A stretch of DNA of 63,680 nt, filler included, from Nemertoderma westbladi (lineage: Eukaryota; Animalia; Xenacoelomorpha), in assembly GCA_032718475.1 (NCBI GenBank). It is 3 parts of 3 records of this genome, joined end to end, with 100 filler letters (N's around TTAATTAATTAA, not from the genome) between each part and the next. Parts side by side here need not be neighbours in the genome. Positions count along the whole stretch, not along the records: positions 23,632 to 51,473 come from JAUCBJ010005617.1; 2 more parts are not named here. The stretch is one strand, 5' to 3'. The number at the start of each line of letters is the position of its first letter. Position 1 is the stretch's first letter. A program made the position numbers and the translations under genes. Below are positions 24,449 to 37,300 of the stretch, piece by piece. The notes beneath the pieces were generated by a model. The model was given only the letters and a program-made list of their open reading frames with translations, was not told the DNA's origin and ran no database searches.

Positions 24449-24616
24449 GAGGATTCCCGTAGTAACGGCGAGTGAAGCGGGAAGAGCCCATCGCCGAATC
24501 ACTGATTCCTTGCGTGTCAGAGAAATGTGGCGTATGGTACAGCCGTGGTTGAGCGAGCTGATTGCCGGAGTCCCCATGAACGGGGCCCCATAGCGGGTGT
24601 AAGGCCCACTGGCCCC
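24379..24616 (+). rRNA. 28S rRNA 5' fragment, truncated after ~240 nt
   Basis: GACCTCAG..ACCCGC..AATTTAAGCATATTACTAAGCGGAGGAAAAGAAACTAAC..AGTAACGGCGAGTGAAGCGGGAAGAGCCCA; similarity is lost at ~24616. Confidence 0.92.
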
Positions 24617-27530
24617 AGGGGTGGTGGAAACACGTCCGCCTCGTGGGTGCGCCTCAGGGAGGAGCCCAGAAGGACGAAAGCGTCTATTATAGAAGCGCAA
24701 AGGTTGCAGCGCAAGGCGCAGGGGGCGTCTGAAAAAGCGCGAGTGCAACTGCATAAGGAAGAGTTGGCGGAAGCGACCACGGGAGCGCGACAATTGGGAC
24801 GAGGCCGAGGGAGAAGTTCGAGCCGAGAATCTGTCGGGGCTCAGGGAACGTCGTCGTCGGTTCCGGGGAGTGACGCCTCACGGACGCCGTCAACGGAGTC
24901 AACTAGAGGTAGATTAGTGTATCTGGGAAGAGGGCGAAAGAGAGGAGCGAGCCCAAAGAACCCAGGAGCGGGTCGATAATACATTATGGCACAGGGCGAC
25001 AGACTCTAGATATATACATCATCGTCGCTCTGATGTATATTGTAGCTTTTGAAAATCTTCGACTAGACTCATATACACTAGTTGAGTTATTTGAATTTAT
25101 ATTATGAAAGAGGCGAAGGAAGTGATTGGGGAGACAAACCTGCGGGTTTGGCTTACTCCTTTCACTTGCCCTAGCAAAATTTATATTTGATTTTGTATGT
25201 AGTAATCATTATGTAGTAAGAATGAACGAGAAACAATATTTTGTAAATTTAATTTGTATGTAATAATCGTTAAACAGTGAGAGAGATAATATTTTGTGAA
25301 TTTAATTTGTATGTAATTCATTATGCAATATCTATGGCAATATTTGTAAATAGTAGAATTATTATGTTATTTAGATTGGTTGGAAGAAATTTATTTGTTT
25401 TGTATACATCACCTTATACTCTTCTACAATTGGAGGGAAACATCATATGATTTCCCTTGGAGCGGTGTTACGGTATATGGCGCTGTATCCACAATATTAG
25501 TCCATTATGCAGTATGCAATATTAGTCCATTATGCAGTATGCAATATTAGTCCATTATGCAGTATGCAATATTAGTCCGTTATACTGTATGTAATATTAG
25601 TCCGTTGTGCAGCATGATATTTTAGATAAGGCATAATAACGCAGTGGTATTTAGGTAAGGAAGTTAAAACGCCCATATATTTTGCATCCATTCATTTTGT
25701 ATAGTATGTAGCTCTACCTACGTAATTTTGTATTAGGTTATATGTAGATAGTTCCAGGGTAAGTTTATTCGGACCCTGGATTCCGTGCTTGCTGATATTA
25801 GCTTTAGTAGGGCTAGCATATAGGGACGCCGTCCTGGCCATTCAGCAGCCAGAGACGTGAACCATTACCATATATGGTAATAATTCGAGGAAAGGGAGCA
25901 AATAGGGCTACAATCCGGCCTCCTTATTGGACTAGCTGCTTCCAGGTTGGTCTAGTGCTAGCACGGACTGGAGAGCCAATAAGAAAGCGATTGAGTCACC
26001 CTATTGCATCATCCCATCCGGATCACCTATAAATTGGCGGTGTGCCGGTAGAGCTCATCATCAATCTGTCACATGATACACCCCTGTTACAATTTACTTG
26101 CTGAGCTGTCTCTAATTTTGTATTTTTCTGCAATTTGCTAATTTTGATTAATTTCTTGGAATGATTTGCTAGTGCGATTACTTTGCTTGTGTTTCTCAAT
26201 AATTCCTTCGATTACTGCAAATTACAATCGAACTATGATTTCTACCTTTGATTGATGGTTCTATGTGATTCTTTTCTGCGCAATAATCCCAAGGGATTCC
26301 TGAAACTGTCAGACTTTGTGATTTGCATGCGCCGCTACGGTAGCTATTAGCGTAATGGAGGGCTAAGGTGCCAGTGGGCGGTGGGCGCATCGGGGGGTTG
26401 GGCGACTAGGAGAGAGCGGAGGATTCAAAGCGGGCAACGCTGGCTAGGGTCACCGTTGCGGGCGGGTAACTTGCACTGCGGCACGCAGACCGATCGCCGG
26501 TACAGCAAATTAGGGGGCTGATGATCCAGGTTTTGTCTCTATTTAGTATTAGGGGGCAGGAATTGGGTTAGTTAGGAATCCTAGATGTACCCGGGAGAGG
26601 CCTGCGCGTATTACAACGTTGAGTGTGGAGTACGAGTAGTGAATTGCACAATTGTAAACTGTGATTTCTAACGCTGATTGGTGTGTTATTGAAGTGTGCC
26701 TAAGATTACGAATGCTTAGATAGGCGCTCTTTTCCTTTGATTGATTTCTATTTCTTAGTTACAATAATTAGTTATTGATTAGGTCAAAGTAATACGGCAA
26801 ATTAGGCTATTACTAGCGAAACCTGTTGCGTGATAAATTAGAATTACGTATTCTGGAACTCTTAGTAATTAGTACGCTGTTAAATATTTGTGACTGTAAT
26901 TAATTAGTAAAAAATTAAGAATTAGTACGCAGCATAGCGGAGAGTAGCTAAGGTAATAATTAGTGTACTGTAAACTATTCACGCTGAGCGGTTATTTGCA
27001 TTAGCGGACAATCAGCTAGAACGCACTATTCGGTACGCACGATACGCTAGTAATTTTGCTGGCCTAAAGCCAGTCGCGGGCAGTTTTAGACCCGGAGTGG
27101 TATTATCCACGTAGAAACAGATACTGTACCATTTTGATATTTTAAATATTCTCGCATTCACACATTACGTTAGGGAACCTCCAGTATTCGCGATTAGAAA
27201 GACGTAGGTAATAGCGTGCTTTAATAGTGATAAAATTAGGCGTAAGAATACTCTGAGTGCAAGGCCTCTCGCACTCGTCTTAAGTAAGCTTAGGGAGCCG
27301 ACTCGGGTTTATTGTTTGGTTATTCCCGCGTGGCTCATAGATTCGAACAGTTAGCTCTCTATCGAGCGATCGGTAGAGAAAGGAACAAGCGATTTTGCAG
27401 GAGTAGTGTAAAATTAGTAAAATATATTAGTGGACGGCAGATTAGCGCCATCTAACGGTAAGTAGCGGTTTTGTATTTAGCAACCCTTACAATTTAGTAA
27501 TAGCACGCTCCTGATCCCCTTTACTTAACA
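24617..27530 (+). mobile_element. Probable 3' region and 3' LTR (25466-27530) of an LTR retrotransposon
   Basis: Basic/Ser-rich ORF tail ending at 24979, then an AT-rich UTR, hairpin GGGAAACATCATATGATTTCCC and purine-rich GGAGCGG before TGTTA (25466)...TAACA (27530). Internal CCAAT (~25976), TATAAA (~26027) and 25-bp tandem repeats at 25492-25615. No second LTR in the window. Confidence 0.5.
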
Positions 27531-28284
27531 GTAGAGCAGTCTTTGTGTCTTATTGGTTAGACGAGAACTTATTAGGTTGGCAGAAGGATATTAACGGGTA
27601 TTGGTCTGTTCAACAGTTCTGCTGTTAGTATAGAGGTCGCGGTTGTTTATCACTTATGTTTCTATGCTTTTATGTTTCTAAACCGTTTTTAATTCAGATT
27701 TTAATTAACAAATGTTTTGGTTTGTTTTTTCATCTATAACAAATTTTACCATATGATGGAAATAAAATTTTTCAATTTCAATAATAACATTTTAGGTGTT
27801 ATTAGAGGAGTAAGTTTAGCGAAAGTGAAATAAATTAAATAACTGACAAAGTATGTAGGCCTACTGATACGTCTACAGTGCAACCCTGATGGTGAGTAAG
27901 TAAATAATCTAAACTGACATCCAGTTGTTGTATATATATTATCATTTCATGACCTATGAACTAATAGCAAAGAGATATAAAGCTTTGATAGAGTCACATA
28001 TTTTACTAATATTTATATTAATATCTATATTAGGCCTATATATCTACTGTATTATTAGCAAGGCCAGCCTTTACATAACTTTATCTAATAACATCAAATG
28101 AAACATACTGTGCAAAATTAATTTGCTCCTACTTGTACAGAAATTGTTTGTTCTTACTTTTCTTTCTCATTTAATCACATTGGCGCAGGCGAATAGGTTA
28201 TTTTGAAAGATGGTAAAGATTTGATCGAAATATATAAAATTTGCAATTAAATAAGAGCCTGTCTGTTTAATTTAATTAAAAAAA

Positions 28285-30326
28285 ATGTCTCTACCAAAAA
28301 GGGGAACTGAAATCACTTTGTCGAAAGCTAAAACTCGTTGGATAACAGTAGAACCCGTTGTGTTTGCAGTGTGCGTTGCCATAAGTCTCCAACGACCCAT
28401 TGATAAAACCTTTCAGTACCAAACTTTTGCGAAGGAACGTAACTTTAGGGCTAGAGTTCCGTACGTCCCCCCATTTTTAAAATGACTTGAATTACCCGTG
28501 TATTGTCATTTAATGTTATGGAATAGATTTTTTATATTGTACTATTGCATTTGTTTATTACATACAAATAGTTGATTTTTTATAAAAATAACTTTATACG
28601 GTTCTCTGAATTTATATCTATTGCTTCACGGCGACAGTAGTCGTAAGAGTCATTGACAGAGTATGAGTATATTATATTAAGTAGTTTTTCAGGCGCCAGT
28701 TTCACTCCCTCAAACCATGTTCCCTTTGTTATTGAAATTTCGTTATCTCTACATTCTCCTTTTTTGCATCTAAATCTTCCAATTCCCTTAGTTTTTTCAT
28801 TAAAATGCATGTCAGTGTGATGCACAGTGCATATCTTTTTTTTTGGAAGAAGATTAACTCCCTGTAACCAGTTAATTGTCGATGTACGCTGTACACGCTG
28901 TACAAATGACGGCGATTGATAATGGAACACATTTTCTCTGCTTTTTTTAGAATGTTCTAGAATATTTAATTAGCGACGCTCAAGAAACATGGTGTTATGG
29001 TATAGTAAAAAAATCTCGCAAAATGGGGGGACGTACGGAACTGTTCCCAACTTTAGCTACAACGCTTCCGGAAGTACAGTATGCGATGTAAATACATCAT
29101 CACTTGAATACCATATCGAGCAAGAAGTACAATCTCAAACTAGCATATTCGGGATATACCAATCGATCTCGCATTTTCTTCCATCAACTATAATAGGTAC
29201 ATGGATGGGAAGTCTAAGTGATTTGTATGGAAGAAAGTTTGTCCTACGTTTACCTTTCATAGGAGGTGCCATTGGAACAATAATATATATTTTAGTAGTC
29301 ATATACAATCTGCCACTCTATGTGCTGTTGATTAGTAGCTTTTGCGGAGGTCTGACGGGCTCCACTGGATGTATTATATCTACTGCGTATAGTTATATTG
29401 CTGACGTGACGGAACCAGGTCAGCAAAGATCTCTCCGAATTGTCATAGTCTCTGGTGTCTTCGGAATTGGTTTCGCTGCAGGGCCGATGCTAAGCGGATA
29501 TCTCATTGAGCAATTTGGTTTTCTACCTCCATTAATTATGATAATTATTGTGAACATAACAGCGTTTGCTTATGTATCTATGTGCATTGAAGAGACTGTA
29601 GTTCATGATCTTTTAAGGGAAAGACCAAATAAACTGTTGCGTCAACTATGGAAAATGATTAAAGTTCTAATGACAGAAGACAATAAAAAGAACATTTGTT
29701 TATGGATGTATTTGGGTTGTATTGTAGTACTTGCAGGAATGGAAACGGGAGTCGACACTCCATTTATTCTGTATGCTATGAAATCCCCCTTTTGTTTTGA
29801 TTCCTTTCATGCTGGAATTCTATCAACGATAACATCATCTTCTTATATAGTCAGTCTATTCGCAGTAGGTTTACTACAGAAGTGTTTAAAAGAGTATATC
29901 ATCGCATTAATCGGTATGGTTTCCCAGCAGTCTGGCGTGCTCATGATTGCCTTTTCCCCTACTGGTGTTTACCTGTATGTTGCAGCATGTATGCAGATAT
30001 TGAAGGCTATAACCACACCCTTGATGCGTTCGGCTATGTCTTCCATGGTAGATTCAACTAATCAGGGGGCTTTATTCGCTACAATAGCATTTTGCGAATA
30101 TTCTATAATGTTAACATCTCAGGTTTCATTCGATTATATTTATCCAGCTACTCTCACCTATTCTCCTGTTTTCGTATTTTATTTGGCTGCTGGAATTATT
30201 GTTATTGCCATTGCCTTGTATTTAATTGGTTGTTTTATGGACAACATGATTAAACAAAGAGACATTAAGAATGCCCTTCTGTCTGATACAGAGGACCAAA
30301 ATGTTCAGGATAACTTTATTGAATAA
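28285..30326 (+). CDS. SLC46/PCFT-like MFS transporter, interrupted by a Merlin element
   Basis: N-terminus RWITVEPVVF (SLC46-type VEP motif) at 28285-28448 rejoins 29057-30326 in frame once the insert and one TSD copy are removed. GSLSDLYGRK (MFS motif A), AYSYIADVT, RSAMSSMV....QGALFA; multiple TM segments; no other lesions. Confidence 0.88.
28449..29048 (-). mobile_element. Merlin (IS1016/ISXO2-like) non-autonomous DNA transposon, 600 bp
   Basis: 8-bp TSD AACTTTAG (28441-28448 and 29049-29056). GG-starting TIRs sharing AGTTCCGTACGTCCCCCCATTTT. Internal ORF 28580-28930 encodes the Zn-binding N-terminus (C..H..M...FRCKKGEC...SITKGTWFE) but no DDE domain. Confidence 0.88.
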
Positions 30327-30375
30327 TTTATAATTGTTATGAACTATCACGTATTATGATTTGATTGAAAATCAA

Positions 30376-31290
30376 TGGTAACCAGTCACGCACTCGCGTG
30401 CGTGGCTAATGTTCACCCAGGGCAATGTCTAAAGACATTGTAAGTGATAAGGCAAGGCTTTTTTTTATCGAAATTGAATGATTTTTGGTACATGGTTGGG
30501 ACAAGCGATGCGATGGTGGATAGGTGGATAAAAAATTTTTTTTTGTAATATACAGTAGTTATTGTAATTTAGTGCTATTTAGTTGTAGCAACAAATATTA
30601 TATCACTAAAAACGCTACTCTTCGAACATACATTAGTTTATATAACTAGCTATTTCGAATATACTGTATAATTAGGATACAGTTTGATTATTTCCAATTT
30701 TATTAGCAAATTAATTAATTATTTTCATTTTTTTTAAAGTTAGCATTTTTCACATATCGAAGCCAATAAATTGAGTTAGGATGAGAATTTTTTAATTCAG
30801 GCTTGTGATTACTATGTCTAAATTTCATCAAAAAATATTAAAAATAGGAAGGGAAAAAAGGGAAGCAGTTTATGTTTATTTGGTATGAAAAAATAGTTGC
30901 AATATTATTTGCATATTATTGCATACATTATTGCATATTATTAAAAAATTATTAAATTAAATAAAAAAACACTCTGTTATCTAGTAACAATAAAGCACAA
31001 AACCATGCTAAGATTCTTGGTATTGGGGTTTTCCTCGTGGCTGATTTTATTTCTGAGGTCAGTTTTTACTTTTAATGAAATATAGTTAGACTTAATGTCT
31101 GTTTGTCTGTCTTTCTGACTATCCGACAATCTGTCCCTCAAATATAAGAAACGAGTAATTATTGGTCTTGTAAAGTAGGGCTACCTTTTTTACTCTTAAT
31201 AGTAAACGATTTACCATATTTAGATCCTGCAAGGCCTGACTTTGATGAACTAACTGTAGGTCAATGCGAATGCGAACTTAGGTCCTATAT
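30376..31290. mobile_element. Probable non-autonomous Helentron/HINE-like element
   Basis: Terminal hairpins AGTCACGCACTCGCGTGCGTGGCT and CAATGTCTAAAGACATTG, internal TGTC tract, no ORF. Family assignment is by resemblance only. Confidence 0.35.
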
Positions 31291-31313
31291 ATACATATAT
31301 ATATTATATATAT

Positions 31314-34300
31314 AGACGTTAGAACATCCTAATTTCAAGCAGTCTCTGGTTGGACGGAGACGTTAGAACATCCTAATTTCAAGCAGTCTCTGATTGGACG
31401 GAGCCGTTAAAACATCCTAATTTCAAGCAGTCTCTGATTGGACGGAGACGTTAGAACATCCTAATTTCAAGCAGTCTCTGATTGGGCAGAGGCGTTAGAG
31501 CATCCTAATTTCATTCAAGCAGTCTCTGATTGGACGGAGACGTTAAAACATCATAATTTCAAGCAGTCTCTGATTGGACGGAGGCGTTAGAGCATCCTAA
31601 TTTCAAGCAATCTCTGACTGGACGGAGGCGTTAGAGCATCCTAATTTCAAGCAGTCTCTGGTTGGACGGAGACGTTAGAACATCCTAATTTCAAGCAGTC
31701 TCTGATTGGACGGAGCCGTTAAAACATCCTAATTTCAAGCAGTCTCTGATTGGACGGAGACGTTAGAACATCCTAATTTCAAGCAGTCTCTGATTGGACG
31801 GAGGCGTTAGAGCATCCTAATTTCAAGCAATCTCTGACTGGACGGAGGCGTTAGAGCATCCTAATTTCAAGCAGTCTCTGATTGGACGGAGACGTTAGAA
31901 CATCCTAATTTCAAGCAGTCTCTGATTGGATGGAGGCGTTAGAACATCTTAATTTCAAGCAGTCTCTGATTGGACGGAGACGATAGAACATCCTAATTTC
32001 AAACAGTCTCTGATTGGACGTAGGCGTTAGAACATCCTAATTTCAAGCAGTCTCTGCTTGGATGGAGGCGTTAGAACATCCTAATTTCAAGCAGTCTCTG
32101 ATTGGACGGAGGCGTTAGAACATCCTAATTTAAAGCAGTCTCTGATTGGACGGAGACGTTAGAACATCCTAATTTCAAGCAGTATCTGATTGGACAGAGG
32201 CGTTAGAGCATCCTAATTTCGTTCAAGCAGTCTCTATGATTGGACGGAGACGTTAGAACATCCTAATTTTAAGCAGTCTCTGCTTGGATGGAGGCGTTAG
32301 AACATCTTAATTTCAAGCAGTCTCTGATTGGACGGAGGCGTTAGAACATCCTAATTTAAAGCAGTCTCTGATTGGACGGAGACGTTAGAACATCCTAATT
32401 TCAAGCAGTCTCTGATTGGACAGAGGCGTTAGAGCATCCTAATTTCGTTCAAGCAGTCTCTATGATTGGACGGAGACGTTAGAACATCCTAATTTCAAGC
32501 AGTCTCTGATTGGATGGAGGCGTTAGAACATCTTAATTTCAAGCAGTCTCTGATTGGACGGAGACGTTAGAACATCCTAATTTCAAGCAGTCTCTGATTG
32601 GATGGAGGCGTTAGAACATCCTAATTTCAGGCAGTCTCTAATTGGACGGAGGCGTTAGAACATCCTAATTTAAAGCAGTCTCTGATTGGACGGAGACGTT
32701 AGAACATCCTAATTTCAAGCAGTCTCTGATTGGACAGAGGCGTTAGAGCATCCTAATTTCGTTCAAGCAGTCTCTATGATTGGACGGAGACGTTAGAACA
32801 TCCTAATTTCAAGCAGTCTCTGATTCTGATTGGACGTAGGCGTTAGAACATCCTAATTTCAAGCAGTCTCTGATTGGACGGAGGCGTTAGAACATCCTAA
32901 TTTAAAGCAGTCTCTGATTGGACGGAGACGTTAGAACATCCTAATTTCAAGCAGTCTCTGCTTGGATGGAGGCGTTAGAACATCCTAATTTCAAGCAGTC
33001 TCTAATTGGACGGAGGCGTTAGAACATCCTAATTTAAAGCAGTCTCTGATTGGACGGAGACGTTAGAACATCCTAATTTCAAGCAGTCTCTGATTGGACA
33101 GAGGCGTTAGAGCATCCTAATTTCGTTCAAGCAGTCTCTATGATTGGACGGAGACGTTAGAACATCCTAATTTCAAGCAGTCTCTGATTCTGATTGGACG
33201 TAGGCGTTAGAACATCCTAATTTCAAGCAGTCTCTGATTGGACGGAGGCGTTAGAACATCCTAATTTAAAGCAGTCTCTGATTGGATGGAGGCGTTAGAA
33301 CATCTTAATTTCAAGCAGTCTCTGATTGGACGGAGACGTTAGAACATCCTAATTTCAAGCAGTCTCTGATTGGATGGAGGCGTTAGAACATCTTAATTTC
33401 AAGCAGTCTCTGATTGGACGGAGACGTTAGAACATCCTAATTTCAAGCAGTCTCTGATTGGACGTAGGCGTTAGAACATCCTAATTTCAAGCAGTCTCTG
33501 CTTGGATGGAGGCGTTAGAACATCCTAATTTCAAGCAGTCTCTGATTGGACGGAGGCGTTAGAACATCCTAATTTAAAGCAGTCTCTGATTGGACGGAGA
33601 CGTTAGAACATCCTAATTTCAAGCAGTCTCTGATTGGACAGAGGCGTTAGAGCATCCTAATTTCGTTCAAGCAGTCTCTATGATTGGACGGAGACGTTAG
33701 AACATCCTAATTTTAAGCAGTCTCTGCTTGGATGGAGGCGTTAGAACATCTTAATTTCAAGCAGTCTCTGATTGGACGGAGGCGTTAGAACATCCTAATT
33801 TAAAGCAGTCTCTGATTGGACGGAGACGTTATAACATCCTAATTTCAAGCAGTCTCAGATTGGACAGAGGCGTTAGAGCATCCTAATTTCATTCAAGCAG
33901 TCTCTGATTGGACGGAGACGTTAAAACATCATAATTTCAAGCAGTCTCTGATTGGACGGAGGCGTTAGAGCATCCTAATTTCAAGGAATCTCTGACTGGA
34001 CGGAGGCGTTAGAGCATCCTAATTTCAAGCAGTCTCTGGTTGGACGGAGACGTTAGAACATCCTAATTTCAAGCAGTCTCTGATTGGACGGAGCCGTTAA
34101 AACATCCTAATTTCAAGCAGTCTCTGATTGGACGGAGACGTTAGAACATCCTAATTTCAAGCAGTCTCTGATTGGACGGAGGCGTTAGAGCATCCTAATT
34201 TCAAGCAATCTCTGACTGGACGGAGGCGTTAGAGCATCCTAATTTCAAGCAGTCTCTGATTGGACGGAGACGTTAGAACATCCTAATTTCAAGCAGTCTC

Positions 34301-37300
34301 TGATTGGATGGAGGCGTTAGAACATCTTAATTTCAAGCAGTCTCTGATTGGACGGAGACGTTAGAACATCCTAATTTCAAGCAGTCTCTGATTGGACGTA
34401 GGCGTTAGAACATCCTAATTTCAAGCAGTCTCTGCTTGGATGGAGGCGTTAGAACATCCTAATTTCAAGCAGTCTCTGATTGGACGGAGGCGTTAGAACA
34501 TCCTAATTTAAAGCAGTCTCTGATTGGACGGAGACGTTAGAACATCCTAATTTCAAGCAGTCTCTGATTGGACAGAGGCGTTAGAGCATCCTAATTTCGT
34601 TCAAGCAGTCTCTATGATTGGACGGAGACGTTAGAACATCCTAATTTTAAGCAGTCTCTGCTTGGATGGAGGCGTTAGAACATCTTAATTTCAAGCAGTC
34701 TCTGATTGGACGGAGGCGTTAGAACATCCTAATTTAAAGCAGTCTCTGATTGGACGGAGACGTTAGAACATCCTAATTTCAAGCAGTCTCTGATTGGACA
34801 GAGGCGTTAGAGCATCCTAATTTCGTTCAAGCAGTCTCTATGATTGGACGGAGACGTTAGAACATCCTAATTTCAAGCAGTCTCTGATTGGATAGAGGCG
34901 TTAGAACATCTTAATTTCAAGCAGTCTCTGATTGGACGGAGACGTTAGAACATCCTAATTTCAAGCAGTCTCTGATTCTGATTGGACGTAGGCGTTAGAA
35001 CATCCTAATTTCAAGCAGTCTCTGATTGGACGGAGGCGTTAGAACATCCTAATTTCAAGCAGTCTCTGCTTGGATGGAGGCGTTAGAACATCCTAATTTC
35101 AAGCAGTCTCTAATTGGATGGAGGCGTTAGAACATCCTAATTTAAAGCAGTCTCTGATTGGATGGAGACGTTAGAACATCCTAATTTCAAGCAGTCTCTG
35201 ATTGGACAGAGGCGTTAGAGCATCCTAATTTCAAGCAGTCTCTGATTGGACAGAGGCGTTAGAGCATCCTAATTTCGTTCAAGCAGTCTCTATGATTGGA
35301 CGGAGACGTTAGAACATCCTAATTTCAAGCAGTCTCTGATTCTGATTGGACGTAGGCGTTAGAACGTCCTAATTTCAAGCAGTCTCTGATTGGACGGAGA
35401 CGTTAGAACATCCTAATTTCAAGCAGTCTCTGATTGGACAGAGGCGTTAGAGCATCCTAATTTCGTTCAAGCAGTCTCTATGATTGGACGGAGACGTTAG
35501 AACATCCTAATTTTAAGCAGTCTCTGCTTGGATGGAGGCGTTAGAACATCCTAATTTCAAGCAGTCTCTAATTGGACGGAGGCGTTAGAACATCCTAATT
35601 TAAAGCAGTCTCTGATTGGACGGAGACGTTAGAACATCCTAATTTCAAGCAGTCTCTGATTGGACAGAGGCGTTAGAGCATCCTAATTTCGTTCAAGCAG
35701 TCTCTATGATTGGACGGAGACGTTAGAACATCCTAATTTTAAGCAGTCTCTGCTTGGATGGAGGCGTTTGAACATCTTAATTTCAAGCAGTCTCTGATTG
35801 GACGGAGGCGTTAGAACATCCTAATTTAAAGCAGTCTCTGATTGGATGGAGGCGTTAGAACATCTTAATTTCAAGCAGTCTCTGATTGGACGGAGACGTT
35901 AGAACATCCTAATTTCAAGCAGTCTCTGATTCTGATTGGACGTAGGCGTTAGAACATCCTAATTTCAAGCAGTCTCTGATTGGACGGAGGCGTTAGAACA
36001 TCCTAATTTAAAGCAGTCTCTGATTGGACGGAGACGTTAGAACATCCTAATTTCAAGCAGTCTCTGCTTGGATGGAGGCGTTAGAACATCCTAATTTCAA
36101 GCAGTCTCTAATTGGACGGAGGCGTTAGAACATCCTAATTTAAAGCAGTCTCTGATTGGACGGAGACGTTAGAACATCCTAATTTCAAGCAGTCTCTGAT
36201 TGGACAGAGGCGTTAGAGCATCCTAATTCCGTTCAAGCAGTCTCTATGATTGGACGGAGACGTTAGAACATCCTAATTTTAAGCAGTCTCTGCTTGGATG
36301 GAGGCGTTAGAACATCTTAATTTCAAGCAGTCTCTGATTGGACGAAGGCGTTAGAACATCCTAATTTAAAGCAGTCTCTGATTGGACGGAGACGTTAGAA
36401 CATCCTAATTTCAAGCAGTCTCTGATTGGACAGAGGCGTTAGAGCATCCTAATTTCGTTCAAGCAGTCTCTATGATTGGATGGAGACGTTAGAACATCCT
36501 AATTTCAAGCAGTCTCTGATTGGATGGAGGCGTTAGAACATCTTAATTTATTTCAAGCAGTCTCTGATTGGACGGAGACGTTAGAACATCCTAATTTCAA
36601 GCAGTCTCTGATTCTGATTGGACGGAGGCGTTAGAGCATCCTAATTTCAAGCAATCTCTGACTGGACGGAGGCGTTAGAGCATCCTAATTTCAAGCAGTC
36701 TCTGGTTGGACGGAGACGTTAGAACATCCTAATTTCAAGCAGTCTCTGATTGGACGGAGCCGTTAAAACATCCTAATTTCAAGCAGTCTCTGATTGGACG
36801 GAGACGTTAGAACATCCTAATTTCAAGCAGTCTCTGATTGGACGGAGGCGTTAGAGCATCCTAATTTCAAGCAATCTCTGACTGGACGGAGGCGTTAGAG
36901 CATCCTAATTTCAAGCAGTCTCTGATTGGACGGAGACGTTAGAACATCCTAATTTCAAGCAGTCTCTGATTGGATGGAGGCGTTAGAACATCTTAATTTC
37001 AAGCAGTCTCTGATTGGACGGAGACGTTAGAACATCCTAATTTCAAGCAGTCTCTGATTGGACGTAGGCGTTAGAACATCCTAATTTCAAGCAGTCTCTG
37101 CTTGGATGGAGGCGTTAGAACATCCTAATTTCAAGCAGTCTCTGATTGGACGGAGGCGTTAGAACATCCTAATTTAAAGCAGTCTCTGATTGGACGGAGA
37201 CGTTAGAACATCCTAATTTCAAGCAGTCTCTGATTGGACAGAGGCGTTAGAGCATCCTAATTTCGTTCAAGCAGTCTCTATGATTGGACGGAGACGTTAG

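Noticed and set aside
24425-24793. ORFs overlapping the 28S fragment
   Set aside because: Antisense or shadow ORFs over GC-rich rRNA; only the + frame after ~24617 looks coding.
28989-29048. Listed start of the 445-aa MFS ORF (MVLWYSKK...)
   Set aside because: This N-terminus is Merlin sequence; the real start is 28285, and initiation here would lose TM1.
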